From assembly GCF_009914755.1 (NCBI RefSeq), contig NC_060936.1: 64,000 bases of DNA; one strand, written 5' to 3'. The notes below the pieces were generated by a model. That model worked only from the letters and a program-made list of their open reading frames with translations. It was not told where the DNA came from and ran no database searches. The position numbers were made by a program, and so were the translations under genes. Positions 39,385-54,447 of the stretch are shown here, piece after piece. Each line of letters opens with the position of its first letter. The first letter of the stretch is position 1. Source of the DNA: the human T2T-CHM13v2.0 reference genome, Homo sapiens.

Positions 39385-40369
39385 AAGACATGGTTTCAGA
39401 ATAATTATGGTTTTAATATTTGATTCTGTTTCATGTCAAAACTCAATTGAATGACTGAAAGGAATCATGCAAAAGCATCCTAAAGGATGCCTACTATCAG
39501 TACTAATTTACAGAGGTTATTTATTGGTATTTGAGAAGGCTTCTGCATTACAAATGTAACTATTAATTATAATGTTACTGCAATATTTGTAATCACTTTA
39601 AAATTAACCTTTATATCCTCAGGAGGTTTGTATTTAGAAGAGTTACTTGGTGTCTCATAAAGAAACCAATTAATCAACAAATGATCAGTGCAGAAAGAAC
39701 ATAAATTAGTTCTTTGTTTACTGCTACATGGTTGTATCATATAATTTGAATTATAATTAAAATGTTTACACTGCAAATAGAAAAAATAGTTGATTCAGGG
39801 ATAGATCATAGCAACAATTTCAAGTGTTCCAAGAAATATGTTTACACACTTGCTAGGGTTTAGGCACTCACAATGTAGGAAACAAAAGGTGAAAAAATAA
39901 CTGTGACCTGTTATCAAAAGACTTTTCTCTCTTCTATTGCCATTGTTTGACTCTCTTACTTAGGTACTACCATTATGAAAGCCAACAAATATTTTAGAAT
40001 GCAGAGAACAAAAACATCCAGGCATGAGGATTAAGTTATTAATTTTTATTGTCCCCATACATTTTATTCTATAACATCTCATAAAAACTAGTGTTTTCAA
40101 ATATATGGATAAAAAAGTTTACAGAGAAATTGTGATTACCTGTCAGATAAGTATAAAAAGTCACACATACCACTATGTCATGCCTTTAATCTACTTTTCA
40201 TTTAATAAAAAATGAAAAGATGTAAAAAGTCATGATTTGAAATTTTTGTTATCTTTATTCTACATGAATTAAGGCACTTATTGTTCCTTCTTATTTTGGT
40301 TTATTAACATAATGCCTTCCCTCGTGCTATTAATAATGCTAATGAACCAAAACATACAAAAATATGGGA

Positions 40370-41200
40370 CTTTAATTCTTTTTTCACTGCAATGAAGATA
40401 GATGTAAATTGTGTCTTCTATGCAAACTTCGTCCCTTTCTTTGAATAAATTTTCACCTCCAGAAATTGTAATTGTTTCTTCATCTTCTCTTATTTCTGAA
40501 AATTTCTTTTCTCATTTCGTAATATTGTCTTCTTTTGTGGATGTCATTTTGTCTTTATTTCTTGAACCCTCGTTGACAGATTTATTTTTAATTCATTTCC
40601 AGATTATTCTATTTTATTTTTCATTTATCTGGAATAAATCCATCTCCTGAAGTTTGATGTTGGTGATTATTCTTGGCATTAGTTTTCTTGATAAATATCA
40701 GAATCTGATGTCATAGCCTGATTTGGGGTGAGAGCTTATTGGTTTGGTTTTCTCCCCAGCACTCACCCATTGTTGTCTAGTAGCTCAGTGGTTTTCTCCA
40801 TCTTGCTCCACCACTCATGGAGTTAGTCGTGGTTTGGCCCAGATCTTGACCATTGAGCTATGTCTACTTCTTCCCATTCCCTAGGTGGGAAAATTTAAAT
40901 GAGCTGTAGTCCCACTGATAGTTACACAGACTTTTTCCAATCATTTTTCACAAACCATGAAATCCAAATTCAGCCCTTGTTTTCTGTCCATGAAACCTAT
41001 ATGAACACTGTCCTAACCTATGTTTCTGTCCTAACCTATATGAACACTCCTAATAGTTTTCCTTCTACAGGAGGAGGATTCCTTGGTTTAACCGTACTTG
41101 CCACATTGTATTTCTGTTGCATAAGTGAAACAGAGATGCTTACATTTGATTGTCTAATTTTCTGTGGGTTATAGATACCATTCTTCTGAGACAAAAATAA
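40370..41200 (-). mobile_element. Old L1 ORF1/5' remnant
   Basis: T-rich antisense L1-like composition; approximate. Confidence 0.45.
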
Positions 41201-42439
41201 ATAGTGCACTATTTCAGAGAATAAAAGCATGCAGAAGCTGATAATTTGGCTTTCTAGTCTTCATTCTCAACCATACTATTATTGGACATTGTTTTATATC
41301 CTAGCAATAAATTACCAAAATTAGTTTTCACTGCAGTCTAATAAAGTGAAAGTTCTTGGCATAAAAAGAGCAAAGTGGTTCAGAACATCAGCTTCAAACT
41401 TAAAGGCCTAAGGTCAAATTTTACCATTTATTTTTAGCGAATCATGTACACGTTGAGAACTTGCAGATTATCATGTAAAATGAAGATAATAGTGTTATCA
41501 CAAAACAGTTAGTAGATAAGTAAAAAGTCTTTTAATCATAGTAATTGTCCCCTAAATATTAGTTTTTTCATTGTTTACCTATTTACAGCCAGTTCTTTAA
41601 CTTACGAACAGGTTTCTATTGAAAGTTATGAACTTCAGCTGGAAGAAGATGAAAACACTACTTTCATCCTCAAATTCTTCAGTTTTTGGTTGTTAGTGTT
41701 GAACTATCATGTATCAAAAGAATGGTTAGGGGTTGGAAGATTTGGTGTTTCTTATGATATTTCCTACCCCTTTTGGGTAGGACACAAGACCTTCTAGAAG
41801 AACAGGCAACTCTGGATTTGCCACGTAGGACTTACCACCCAGTCAGCAAACACATTTTTGCTTTCTAGAATGAAAAATGGAAGTCTGTATACTCATAAGG
41901 AAAATCTTCCCTACCATTCTTGGAATATGAGCCATTTGCTATTATGGTTGTAAAAGTTCAGACATTGGAGGAAGACAGCCTTGTTTCCCTCGTCACTATA
42001 TCACTCTCTACCTGTAGTGACTTTGAATGCAGTATTTGATACATTTGATTCTCAGTTTTTCTCTGTGAAGTGAAGAAGTGATATTTTAGCCTTTACATAA
42101 TTAAGAGCAAAACAATGATCTATGCCTGGATCTTTTATGCAGATTTTTCTCCCAGAATTTCCATTTCCTATTTTTCCATATTTTGCTTTATCATAGCTTC
42201 AAAGATTTCTATTCTTCCAGTGATTGTATCTTTTGCATCTAATCATCTATCATTTTTGTTGAAAAACAAAACACTGGGTTTATTTGAAGACAAATCTCTG
42301 TTCTCTTCCCTGTGGCATCATAATTTATTATCCCTAGGCCTAATGAAGAGTTGTCATCCTGGGGTTTCTGGGTTTTTTTCTCCCTCCCTCTATGTAACTC
42401 TTGGGAGGAATCGAGAGCAGGCACTATGACTCCCAGGAG

Positions 42440-42690
42440 GAACTGACAGTAGTGAGGAGCGTGAACTCTAGAACCAGGCTGCTCAGACTCCAATTCTAGC
42501 CTGGCCACTTAATATCTGTGTATAACCTTTAAAAGGCACTTAACTCCTTTGTGTCTCAGTTTTTTTTTCCCCGTTTGTAAATGAGACTAATAATACCTAC
42601 TTTACAAGGCTTTTCTAAAAATTACATGATTTCGTAAATGTAAGGCTCTTGGAACAACACCTAGTACACAATGAATGTTACCTATTGTTT
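42440..42690 (+). mobile_element. MIR
   Basis: gaactctagaaccaggctgc...cacttaactcctttgtgtctcagttt...tgtaaatgagactaataatacctac. Confidence 0.8.
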
Positions 42691-42803
42691 TAGTTGTACC
42701 TGTAGAGTACTCATTCATTTGATGGGAACATTTCTTTCTGTAGCTGACCAAGAAAATGTATGCTGGAAGTAAATTTCAAAAGACCTTAATATCTTAAAAT
42801 GTC

Positions 42804-43105
<302 letters not shown>

Positions 43106-45124
43106 TGTGCATAGAATTCTTTATTGCAAATATCTTTCAATCAGAATGTCAAATGATTATTCCTGTTTCTGGCACCCGAGTTTGCTTTTGAAAGGATAGT
43201 CCAGTGCTGCTTGTCTCTCTTCCTACCTGGGGCCCCATCCTCACCCCAGGAGGTTTTAACTGTCTTCATTTTTTACTAGACATTTGAAAATTCACATAAT
43301 GTGTTTAAGATGAGTGTATTTCGTTGATTTCACTGACCTCTCAGTGGGTTCATTCATTCATGTGACTGAGATACCTCAATTCCGGGGAAATTTCTATGAT
43401 ATTGTGCTAGTTACCTTCATTTATTTTTCTCTATTCAGTTCTTTTAACATTGACTCACATAGATTTTCACTTTTCTTAGTTTTTTAAAAAATTTTGTGTT
43501 ATCCTATTTGCTGTTACTGCCTTTCTGTTCTATTTTCTGAGAGATTTATTTTTTATCAAAACTTTTTGATGGATTTAAAAAATTAACCATTTTTTTTGAA
43601 CTTTCAATAACTCACTCTTGTTATTTTAAATAGCATTGTATTATTTTCAATGTATACAATTTTCTCATACACTCTGAGATATATAAGAATTGGATTTTCT
43701 TAAATGTTTTGAGTTAGCGAGGATGGAAATTTTCTTTTGTCCTGTAAAGGAGCATTTCTTTTAGTTTTACATTTTTCTGTTTGTTTGCTTTGTTATCTCC
43801 ATTGCTCATGTTCAAGGATTTTTTCAAATGTCTAATAATCATTGGCTCAACAATTATATTTAGTAAGGAAACAGTAAAAACTGATTGGAAATTCTGGAGA
43901 AGGAAGGAAGGTTTATATCAAAAATGACTGGCAAAAAACGTGTGCTGTTTATCTGGGGGAATTCTACAGATTTCTGTTTGCTCAGAAACTCTGTAAAGGG
44001 TAGAAAGCAGGCTGCTAGCATTTTGTTTGGGAATTGACAGTGTGGGTCTTAGAAGTTAACTCTCGGGTATTAAACTAGCACTTTTTCTCTATTTTAACCC
44101 CTGCACCGCAAATTCTTCCTTCAGTCCCTACTTGGCATCTCTATTTGAGACCCCCCATTATTTGTAATTAAAGAGGGGATGTAGACATTTTGGTGCTATT
44201 ATTCCGTGCATAGAGCAATAGAAGAGAAAACATGAGCTCCTCCAAATATTGACTTTCAACAACCCTCATGTTAAATCATTTAACTTGCCCGTTCTCTGTT
44301 TTAAGTAGCATCTTTGTGACGGGAACATCTCTGGGATTTGGTGAGTCTAATTAACTTTCTTCTTATTCACATCAATGTGAGTATACTTTATTCTACATCT
44401 TTCTCCTCCTGCTAGCTACATTTATTTGTCAAAAGTGTATAAAGTCTTTGTCAACAGATATCTCTCCCATTCTTGTCTTTGGCTTTCATCTTTTTCACAG
44501 CGATATTTCAGTAAGCATTGGGAAAACTAGGAGAGAAACAAATGTGATCAATCCACATGACTGGTGATCAATATATTTTAGATGGGGTATAGTATATTTG
44601 TATACTACCAAAAAATAAGATTAACGGAGGGCATACCCAAGACAGTGATTAGAGTGGATTCTGAAATGCTTGACATTCTATGAATATGAATTTCAGAATG
44701 ATTTCTGTAAAGAGCCAATCAATTGATCAAAGAAGAGCAAAATAACAAATAAATATTTGGAAATATTGCCAATTAGAAAAGTTTAAAGTAATTGGGAATG
44801 TTTAGCCTAGAGGCAAGAAGCTGGCAATGAGACTTGATTTAGAAATCAGATATTATGGCTAGTTCTCCCTCTGTCTTCCACCTAAACAAGCAAACTAGCT
44901 AACAAAATGTATAATGCCTGCCTGAAAAGAAATTTTAAAGGATCTTCTCAATACCAAAATACCTATCTTAGTGAATTATGGAATTTCTTTCACATAGACT
45001 GAGAATATTTAAATAAGTATTACAAATTCAATATTATATGAAACAGTGTATGGACATCATATAGAGGCCTAGATTGAAAAAGTAAAAGATGGCATTGCAT
45101 AATTAAAAATACAGACAATCTTTG

Positions 45125-45590
45125 TTATATTAGATTCCTGTGGCTTCCATCACAAATTATCACAATCTTGGTGACTTAAACCATAGAAATTCATCCTCTC
45201 ATAATTATTGATGCCAGATGTTCACATTAAAGCCGTTCACAGGGCTGCACTCTATCTGGAGTCTCCATGTGTTCTTTGTCTCCTCCAGCTCCTGGTGGCT
45301 CTCTGCATTCCTTTTCTTGCAGCCATATTACTCCAGGCTTTGCCTCCATGATCCATTGCCTCCTCCTCTTCTCTGTGTCTTTCCTTATTCTTTTTGTTTC
45401 AAATTTCCTTCTGCCTCTCTCATAAGGACATTTACCATTGTATTTAGGGCCCTGTTGGATAATCCAGGATGATCTCCTGATCTGGAAATGCTTAAGTTTG
45501 CAAAGGCCCTTTTACCAAAAAAAAAAAAAAAGACACTATTCACAAGTTTCAGGGATTAGGACATGGACATGTCTTTTTTTGGGAGGGCAT
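45125..45590 (-). mobile_element. MLT1C/D-type MaLR LTR
   Basis: tattagattcctgtggct...acaaattatcacaatcttggtgacttaaa...ggataatccaggatgatctcc...gggattaggacatggacat. Confidence 0.8.
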
Positions 45591-46713
45591 ATAAGAAGTA
45601 TGATTTCACATTGATCTCAGTTACCACAGAAAGATGCAAAACAAGACCTGTCTATAATATATGCCTATTACTTGGATGTTCAACATGAAGAGTTAGAACT
45701 TGGAAACACATATCGGAACATCATGCTCATTTTAGGATTACAAAAGAGAACATCACAAATGTGAAGAATCAAAATACAGTATTTTAAGTCCAGCACTCTC
45801 TCTCAAAATGTGAGATTAAGGTCATAAACCATGTACAGCAGAGATTCTATGACTATCCATAAAAGTAGAGCCAGGTGCTTCAAGATGATACCAAGCTCCC
45901 ATTACAAAATTATTCTGATTAGTCATTAATCAGAAATCATAAGTCTTCATGAAGTCACATAAGATCAGAAATGTGCAATGTTTCATTTTGTGTGTTTTTA
46001 AAGAGTTAAGTTCATATAGTATGTAGATATTCATTTTTTGCTTTATATTTAAATATATTATTAAAGTGAAATGGATGCTGCTACTGGTTTTATATCAATC
46101 CTGATTTTATTGTCTTATTAGTTTGCAAGTGAGTCAAGGAAAAGAAAATCATAATGGAGAACAGGTAATCGACAATAGAATGTACAATAAATGAGTCTGT
46201 TCTCAACACAAATAGTCAAGAGGATTTAAAGCAAACAACATGAATGTTTTTTAAATTAATCTTTATGTGAATAAGCTAAAATATTAAGAGAAAAAGTGCA
46301 CATTATACTAAAGACATTGAATGACCAGTATCAAGTTACCAAAGTAGAATAATACTGTGTTTGTTATATAACTGGTACTCTTAAAATATGTTAGTTCATG
46401 TGGCATTCATTTTATACATTAATTAGCACACAAGAATACAAGGAAGGGAGGCTGTTAGTCCACTGAAGCCACTGACTCAAATGCTCTGGCATTTATGTAT
46501 ATTTTTAGGCATTACTCAATCTAATATACTTTTAGGCATTACTCAATCTAATGGCAACATTTCAATGGTAAGAAAATAGTTTTGTGGGTGGACCTATCTT
46601 ACAAATGAAAAATGTTATTCATTCTAGGCAACTTAATAAAGAGAGAAGTCACATAAATTTAAATCCTAGTTTGAATCCTAAATTCATTACTTAATTAACC
46701 CTGTGACTATGGA

Positions 46714-47126
46714 TGTCTCAGTCTGTTCTTCCTACTGCAACAAAGTATCACAAACTGGATAATTTATAAATAATACAAGTTTATTTCTCACAGTTCTAAA
46801 GGAAAGATAATCCAAGATCAAGGCACCAGTAGATTCACAGTCTGGTAAGGGGATTCAATCTGCCTCCAAGATGGCACCTAATTGCTGTGTCTTCACATGA
46901 CAAAGGGTTAAATGCTGTGTGTCCTCACATGGCAGAAGGGCAATGAATAGTAAAAAGAACCACCTCTCTGCCTCAAGCCCTGTTATAAGGGCACTCATTG
47001 AATCCATGAGGGCAGAGTCCTCATGGCTTAAGCACCTCCCAAGGGCCCCACCTCTTAATACCATCATCTTGAAGGTTAGTTCCAACACATGAATTTTGTA
47101 GGGACACACACATGCAAATCATAGCA
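46714..47126 (-). mobile_element. MST-type MaLR LTR inserted in a MIR
   Basis: tgtctcagtctgtt...ccaagatcaaggcaccagtagattc...caaatcatagca; MIR halves lie on both sides. Confidence 0.85.
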
Positions 47127-47479
47127 ATGGATAAGTCTCTAAATGTCTTCATATCTCAGGTTTCTAATGTATGATGGCAATAATAATGCTTCACTCATCA
47201 GGTTATTGTTAGGATTAAATGAATTAATATGCTTAAAGCACTAAGAACAGTAAGGGCTTTATACATATTAGCTATAATAATATTTTCATTTTAAAAAGAA
47301 TTGATAGGTGTAAAACTCATCAAATCTTTTAGTAATATCTTCTTTAGGTATATACCAGCAAAAAATATCTTGCAGTTTTTAGCTAATCCACTTGTAAGAT
47401 TGATACTAGGCACAAAAGATTCTTCTTCAGTAAACAAAAATACTAACTAACCCAATTCTAACTAACAAAATTCATTTTT

Positions 47480-48400
47480 AAAATATTTATTTAAATGCCT
47501 TCTTTGTAATAGCCATTAAGCTGGATAGTAATTGAAATACAAAGTTGAGTAAATATTAGTTTCAGCTTTCAAAGCTTTACAGTGTAATTAGGAATACGGA
47601 TAATTATACAATAACTCAATACAGTATTACAAGTGCTTCTACAAACAAAGGGCCTAGAATAGCAAAGGGGGAGGTTATTAATTTTTGTTAAGCAGGTTTT
47701 ACAGTTCTGGGATAAAATGGATTTACTGACACTTCTTAAGATATACTTTAAAGTCTAAGATTGATGAGGATGGCATATGAGGCATAGTGTGTCCGTAGAA
47801 CTGGGAGTAGTGTAATTGGAAGCAAAAAGCAGGTATAATGGGATGAGGGTAAATAACAAAGGAACATTAGCTTGGCGCTTTATTAACCAGGCTGAAGAGT
47901 CTGTATTTTCTTCATTGACAAGGAAAAATCATTAATGAATTTTTTTTCCTAAGCAGTGGAGCTGGCATATTAAAGGTACATTTTAGAAAGATTTATCTGA
48001 TTTGCAATCTAGGATGGATTAAAATAAGGAAAGAGTGAAATAAAGAGAATCAATTGCAGAGCTGTTTGTTTACAGAGTATCCATGTGTATAAGAAATAAT
48101 GAAAACTTAAACAATGTAAATGGGAATGTGAATAGTATATATAAAGGAAATTGCAAGCACATAATTACCAGAACTCATTGGTTGCCTGTAAGGGAGAAAG
48201 GAGGAGTTGAAGACGTCCCCAAATATTCGATTCTAATGCCCTAAAAAGTAATTCAGTCCTTTCAGAAATAAAATAGTTAAGAAGTGGCAGGACTTGGAAT
48301 TGTAAGATATTTAAGTTTTAGATACAACGTGTTTGAGGCTTGAACAACACATTCAAATATATGTTACAGTTAGTTAGAAAAGGAAGATATGGGAGTAATG
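47480..48400 (-). mobile_element. L2 fragment
   Basis: Diverged antisense L2 motifs; approximate. Confidence 0.5.
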
Positions 48401-48493
48401 TAAAATTCTTAAAAGCTCTCAAAGACTAATCCAAATGTGTGAGTTTAAGAAAACAACATTAAGAGAAAAAAATAAATGGAAGAAATCCTCACT

Positions 48494-48903
48494 ATGTTAG
48501 ACAGCTCTTGCATTGCTGTAAAGAAATATCTGAGACAGGGTAATTTATAAAGAAAAGAAGTTTAATTGGCTCACGGTTCCATGAGCTGTAGAGGAAGTAC
48601 AGTGCCAGGCAGCTGCTTGGCTTCTGATGAGGCCTCAGGAATCTTACAGTCATGGTGGAAGTCAGAGGGAGAACTGTCAATCACAGGGCAATATCAGGAG
48701 CAGAAGAGAAAGGTAAGGGGGAGGTGCCACACACTTTTAAATAACCAGATCTCAGAAGCACTCACACACTGTTGCAAGGACAGCACTAAGCCATGAGAGA
48801 TCTGTCCCCATAACCTGAACATTTCCTGCCAGGCCCACCTCAAGTATTGGGCATTACAGTTCAACATGAGATTTTTGGGGGACAAATATCCAAATAATAT
48901 TAC
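48494..48903 (-). mobile_element. MSTA-type MaLR LTR
   Basis: cttgcattgctgtaaagaaatatctgagac...gaagtttaattggctcacgg...gggacaaatatccaaa. Confidence 0.88.
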
Positions 48904-49003
48904 TTACTTATAAAGAATGCTCAGTTTGGTGGGGAGAAAATGGGAATGAGAGCCAATAGAGAGGAATGATATTTGGTGGTGAAGAAAGAAGGGTAATGTC
49001 AGG

Positions 49004-50802
49004 TGTATTAGTTTGTTCTCACACTGCTATAAAGAAGTGCCTGAGACTGGGTAAATTATAAAGGAAAGAGGTTTAATTGACTCACAGTACCACAGGACTG
49101 GGGAGGCCTCAGGAAACTTACAATCATGGTGAAAGGGGAAGAAAACACGTCCTTCTTCACTTGGCAGCAGGAAGGAGAACAATGAGAGCCTAGTGAAGGG
49201 GGAAGCACCTTATACAACCATCAGATCTCATGAGAACTTACTGTCATGAGAATAGCATGGGGGAAACTGCCCCCATGATTCAATTACTTTTCACCAGCTT
49301 CCTCCCATCACACATGAGGGTTATGGGAACTACAATTCAAGATGAGACTAGGGTGAGGACATAGCCAAACCATATCATTCTGCCATTGGACCCTCCAAAA
49401 TCTCATGTCTTCACATTTCAAAACACAGTTGTGCCTTTCCAACAGTCCCCTAAAGTCTTAGTTTATTCCAGCATTAACCCAAAAGTCCACAGTCCAAAGT
49501 TTCATCTGGGACAAGGCAAGTCCCTTCTACCTATGAGTCTGTAAAATCAAAGGCAAGTTAGTTACTTCCTAGATAGAATGGGGAATGGGGGTACAGACAT
49601 TGGGTAAATACACCCATTCCAAATGAAAGAAATAGGCCAAAACGAAGGGGCTACAGGCCCCAAGCATACTGAAATCCAACGAGGCTGTAATTAAATCTTA
49701 AAGCTCCAAAATAATCTCCTTAGACTTCATGTCTCACATTCAGGTCATGGGCCCTGGGGCCCAGCCCAAGAAGTCATTTTTTTCTCCTAGGCCTCCAGGC
49801 CTGTGATGGGAGGGGTTACCATGATGGTCTCTGATATGCCCTGGAGACATTTTCTCCATTGTCTTGGTGATTAACATTTGGCTCCTCATTACTTATGAAA
49901 ATTTTTACAGCCAGTTTGAATTTCTCCCCAGAAAATAGAGTTTTCTTTTCTATTGCATCATCATGCTCTACATTTTTTTAATATATTCTGCTTCCTCTTG
50001 AACACTTTGCTGCTTAGAAATTTCTTCCACCAGAAACTCTAAATCATCTCTCACAAGTTAACATTCCACAGATCTCTAAGGCAAGGGCAAAATGCCTCCA
50101 GTCTCCTTGTAGAGCAAAAGTTACTGTTACTCCAGTTCCTAACAAGTTCCTCATCTCCATCTAAGACCACCTCAGCCTGGACTTCATTGTCCATTTCATT
50201 ATCAGCACTTTTGTCAAAGCCATTCCACAAGACTCTAGGAAGTTCCAAACATTTCCACATCTTCCTGTCTTCCTAGCCCTCCAAGTCTCTAGAAGTTCCA
50301 AACTTTCCCACATTTTCTAGTCTTCTTCTGAGCCCTCCAAACTGTTCCAATTTCTAACTGTTACCCAGTTCCAAAGTTGCTTCCATATTTTTTGAGTATT
50401 TTTATAGCAGCACCCCACTCTACCAGTACCAATTTACTGTATTAGTCCATTCTCACACTGCTATAAAGAACTGCCAAGTCTGGGTAAAAAATAAAAGAGG
50501 TTTAATTGACTTGCAGTTCTGCAGGGCTGGAGAGGACTCAGGAAACTTACAATCATGGTGGAAGGGGAAGTAAACATGTCCTTCTTCACATGGTGGCAGG
50601 GAGAAGAATGAGAGCCTAGTGAAGGAGGAAGCCCATTATAAAATCTTCAGATCTCATGAAAGCTTACTATCACAAGAATAGCATGGGGGCAACTGCCCCA
50701 TGATTCAATTACCTCCCACTGGGTTTCTCCCATCGTGCATGGGGATTATGGGAACTACAATTCAAGATGAGATTTGGGTGGGGATACAGTCAAACCATAT
50801 TA
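49004..50802 (-). mobile_element. THE1 (THE1C/D-like) element: LTR-internal-LTR
   Basis: LTRs at ~49004-49376 and ~50438-50802 (tgtattag...aaaccatat[c/t]a) with THE1-int between; near-TSD tcagg/ttagg. Confidence 0.9.
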
Positions 50803-51043
50803 TTAGGTGATTACAGATTCACAAAAACAAAGGATAGATATTTTCATAAAGGAGAGGCTGGCTATCACTGTCAAATGCCACAGGGAATTTCAGAAGAGTG
50901 AAATATGAGAAAAGAATACAACCTGGAAGTGTTGGGGAACTCTTAAGGGCAATTTTAGTAGGATTTGAAAGTAAAAGTCAGATAACAAAAGCTTAATATT
51001 GCAATAATTGGCAATGAAATAACAACATTAAATATGCATAAAT

Positions 51044-51172
51044 AGGCAGGGCACAGTGGCTCATACTTGTAATTCCAGGATTATGGGAGGCCAAGGCAAG
51101 AGGATCACTTGAGCCCATGAGTTTGAGACCATTCTGGTCAACATAACAAGACCCCATCTCTAAAAAAAAACA
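51044..51172 (+). mobile_element. FLAM
   Basis: Single left Alu arm with an A tail. Confidence 0.85.
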
Positions 51173-51237
51173 ATACATAAATATACACACAAATATCTGA
51201 ATAATCCCATGCTTTGCATGACTTTGATTTCTACTAT

Positions 51238-51770
51238 TGTGGCAGGCCAGGTTTCCATTAGCAACCAGAACAGTCAGTTTCCACTAACCCTTTACTATAA
51301 TTTTGATGAATGCAAAAGTTAAACATTAAAAAACTAGAGACACTGGTGCCTGAGTACCAAGGCTGGAGTGTGAAAACAAACCCATTAAGACCCCGCCTGG
51401 GTTTTTTCAGACACTAAAATCTGATCAAATAATATAATAACAGCATTCTGACACATACACCTCATCCCAGGGCCCACTTAAGATTAACAAACTTTCCAAA
51501 ACTCTAGAGAAAGCTTTCTGGATCCTAGACCCTAAAGATTAGATATATACTGAATGAAACACTCCGCTAGTAGGTGCACTCCCATAGGTAGGCATAGAGC
51601 TTAGAATATATGTAAGCACTGAAAAACATAACTTGTAACTTTGAGTTTGTCTGGTGAGTTACTCTGACCTTCTCCTTATAATCAGTTGCAGAAATAAACT
51701 GCCCTTCCTTCCCAGTCTGCATCTCCTTATTGGACCACAAGAACGAGCAGCTGGACCTCGTTCTGTGGGA
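51238..51770 (+). mobile_element. ERVL-class solo LTR (LTR47-like)
   Basis: Starts tgtggcaggccaggt; has cttgtaactttgagtttgtctggtga and gcagaaataaact near the end. Confidence 0.55.
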
Positions 51771-51973
51771 TTAAATTGTCTTCAATTTAAGATAAGTTCA
51801 TTAGCCACATACAAACACACCTATGCCACATACATATGAGATATATAAGATGGAATGCCATGAACAACAAAGATTCATAACAGACAAGGAAAGGGTTAGG
51901 TTCCAAATTTTAAATGGAGAGTGGTAAGCCTTGGAAAGGATGAAGCCTATTCTCTGACGAAAATTAAGATTGA

Positions 51974-52282
51974 GGCCAAGCACGGTGGCTCATGCCTGTA
52001 ATCTCAGCACTTTGGGAGGCTGAAGTGGGTAGATCACTTAAGGTCAGGAGTTAGAGACCAGCCTGGCCAACATGGTGAAACCCGATCTCTACTAAAAACA
52101 CAGCAATTAGCTGCATGTGTGAGTGGTGATGGGCACCTGCAATCCTGGCTACGCAGGTGGCTGAGGCAGGAAAATCACTTGAACACAGGAAGTGGAGTTT
52201 GCATTGAGCAGAGATCTTGCCACTGCACTCCAGACTCCAGCCTGGGAAAGAGTGAGATTCCATTTCAAAAAAAAAAAAAAAA
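51974..52282 (+). mobile_element. AluS
   Basis: Sense dimer flanked by aagattga repeats. Confidence 0.92.
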
Positions 52283-53184
52283 CAACAAAGAATGAAGATT
52301 AAGATTGAGAAACTAGAAATCCAGAGAAACTATTTGAAAATGGGGATAAAAATAAGATCAATTTAATCTTTTCTGAGCGTAAAGGGGGGTAATCAGTGGA
52401 ATAGAGGTGATCCTATTTCCTACAATAAAAGATTGAAAAGATTGAGATTAAAATAAGCACGCAGTTTAATCATATAGAATAATCTTGGAAGAGTTGTCAC
52501 AGAGAATACAAACAAGAGTGACATGACATAAATAAGAGTGCTATTTGAATACTAGTAAGGACATAATAAAATAAACATATTGTAATGATTTTATGACTTC
52601 TAGCTGGATTTACTTGCCAGGGAATGGAGAAGGATAGAGAAAGGAACAACAGCATGAGTACTGGGACTAGGTCTTCATACAGCAGAAATGCTGGAAATTC
52701 TGTCATAAAGTGACTTAAAGATCTATAATTTATTATACATTTATTAAAAATTAATCATGAAAGTGCTTAACCATTGCTAGTTATAGAAACAACAGAAGGA
52801 AGGACAAAGTGGTAGGCTAAGAGAGGCAGAATAGCACAGAGACAACAAAATCAGGCAGAAAACTGGGTCAGCAGCAGTAAAGAAGTAGAAGAAGCCAAAG
52901 GAAAAATGAGAATTGGCTCTTTAAAAGTAAGTTAGATGAGGCTGAGGAATTCAGGGCCTTGAGTCATGTCAGATCAAATTATGGATCAGAAGCACACAAA
53001 TATTGTGCAGAGGAATTTCAAACCAATTTCTTCTATAGAATACAGTGAAGTTAATTTTAAATATATGTCTTAATTATAAGAGTTACTTCTTTTAAATAAA
53101 TGTCTAGGTAATTCTGCACATTTGCATGATTCTGAATTTCATGTTTGCCAATTAAGGTAATTCCATAATTCATCCACTCATCCT

Positions 53185-54430
53185 CTCAACCATCCATCCA
53201 TCCATCCAACAAATTAAGTATGTACCATGTTCAAAGCACTACGCCAGAAAATCTATTTAAAATAGGATAGAGATGCTGTTGTCACGGAGTTCATTGTATA
53301 GTTGCAGAGACAAACACAAACTAAATGATCACAAATAGAGAGATAGGATATATAAAGTTTCAATAAGAGCCTAAAATAAAAGGAATTGACCTGGTCAGGG
53401 AAAACATTATTTTAAGAAATAGCACCTGACCTAAGATCTGTAAATGAGAAAGCAATAAATGCATTTGTGTGTGGTTGTTGGTGGAGGAGGACTGTGATAA
53501 GCTGTGATATATTGTAAAAAGATGAGCCTTTTATACAAGTACATGGGAATGTAAGAGAGAAAGGGATATATTTAAGTACCTGACTCAAGGTACTGAAAAA
53601 AGATCAGTATGATTAGATTACAGAAATAGGCAGGGAAACCCAGCAGTTTTCTGTAAACCATATTAAAGATTTTCATTTTTATTCTAAATGCTATTGGGTA
53701 ACACCCAAGCCACTAGAATGCATTTTGAGATTACTCTGGCTGCAAGGTAGAGAAGAGTTTATATAGTAACCAGCACAAATAAAGAAAGATCACTTAGTAA
53801 GGTGTTACAATAGACTTGAAAATATGAAGTTGATTTAATCAAGGGTAAGAAAGGGGAGGAGTTGGTGACTTTATAAGATATTTAGGAGGTTCAATTGACT
53901 GACAGGACTTAGTGATGAATGGCATAGGAGCAAAGGTGAGGAAGTTGTCAATGACATCTTTTTTGGCACAGATAGATGGATAAAGAACTCAGGAAGAAAT
54001 TAGGTTTCACAGCCAGTAAGCTCAAGTAGTTTGTCTTTGAGATCATATTTGGTGTTCCTTTGAGATTTCTTGGCAGAATTATCAAGTTACCAAATGAATA
54101 TAGAAGTCTAGAGCTCAGGAGAAGGGCCTGGGTCCAAGCTGTGGGGTTTCTAATAGCTGGAAGGAAAGAGTAAAAGTACAAAGATGCGGTCATCAAAGAA
54201 GTAGGAAATCCAGGACCCTCGATGTCATAATAACAAAGGAAAGTCAAATTTGATTTTTTTTCAATTGTATTTATGTTTCTGTTTTTTCCAAGGAGGGAGA
54301 TGGTAATTTAAAAAAAATAAAATGCCTGACCGTGCCCAGAGGTCAGATAACTTGAAAAGTGAAAACATGCCATGTAATGTTAGAGATACAGCAACCATTC
54401 CATACCGTTAGACAAAACCATTCAGTAGAG
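53185..54430 (-). mobile_element. L2 fragment
   Basis: (CCAT)n-caacaaattaagtatgtaccatgttc tail; tagaagtctagagctcaggagaagggcctgg. Confidence 0.65.
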
Positions 54431-54447
54431 TGATCAAAGTGAAAAAC

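Noticed and set aside
46503-46552. 23-bp direct repeat (similar short duplications at ~35885-35920, ~38778-38828, ~41000-41050)
   Set aside because: Two-copy local slippage duplications with no spacer array; not CRISPR-like and common in mammalian DNA.
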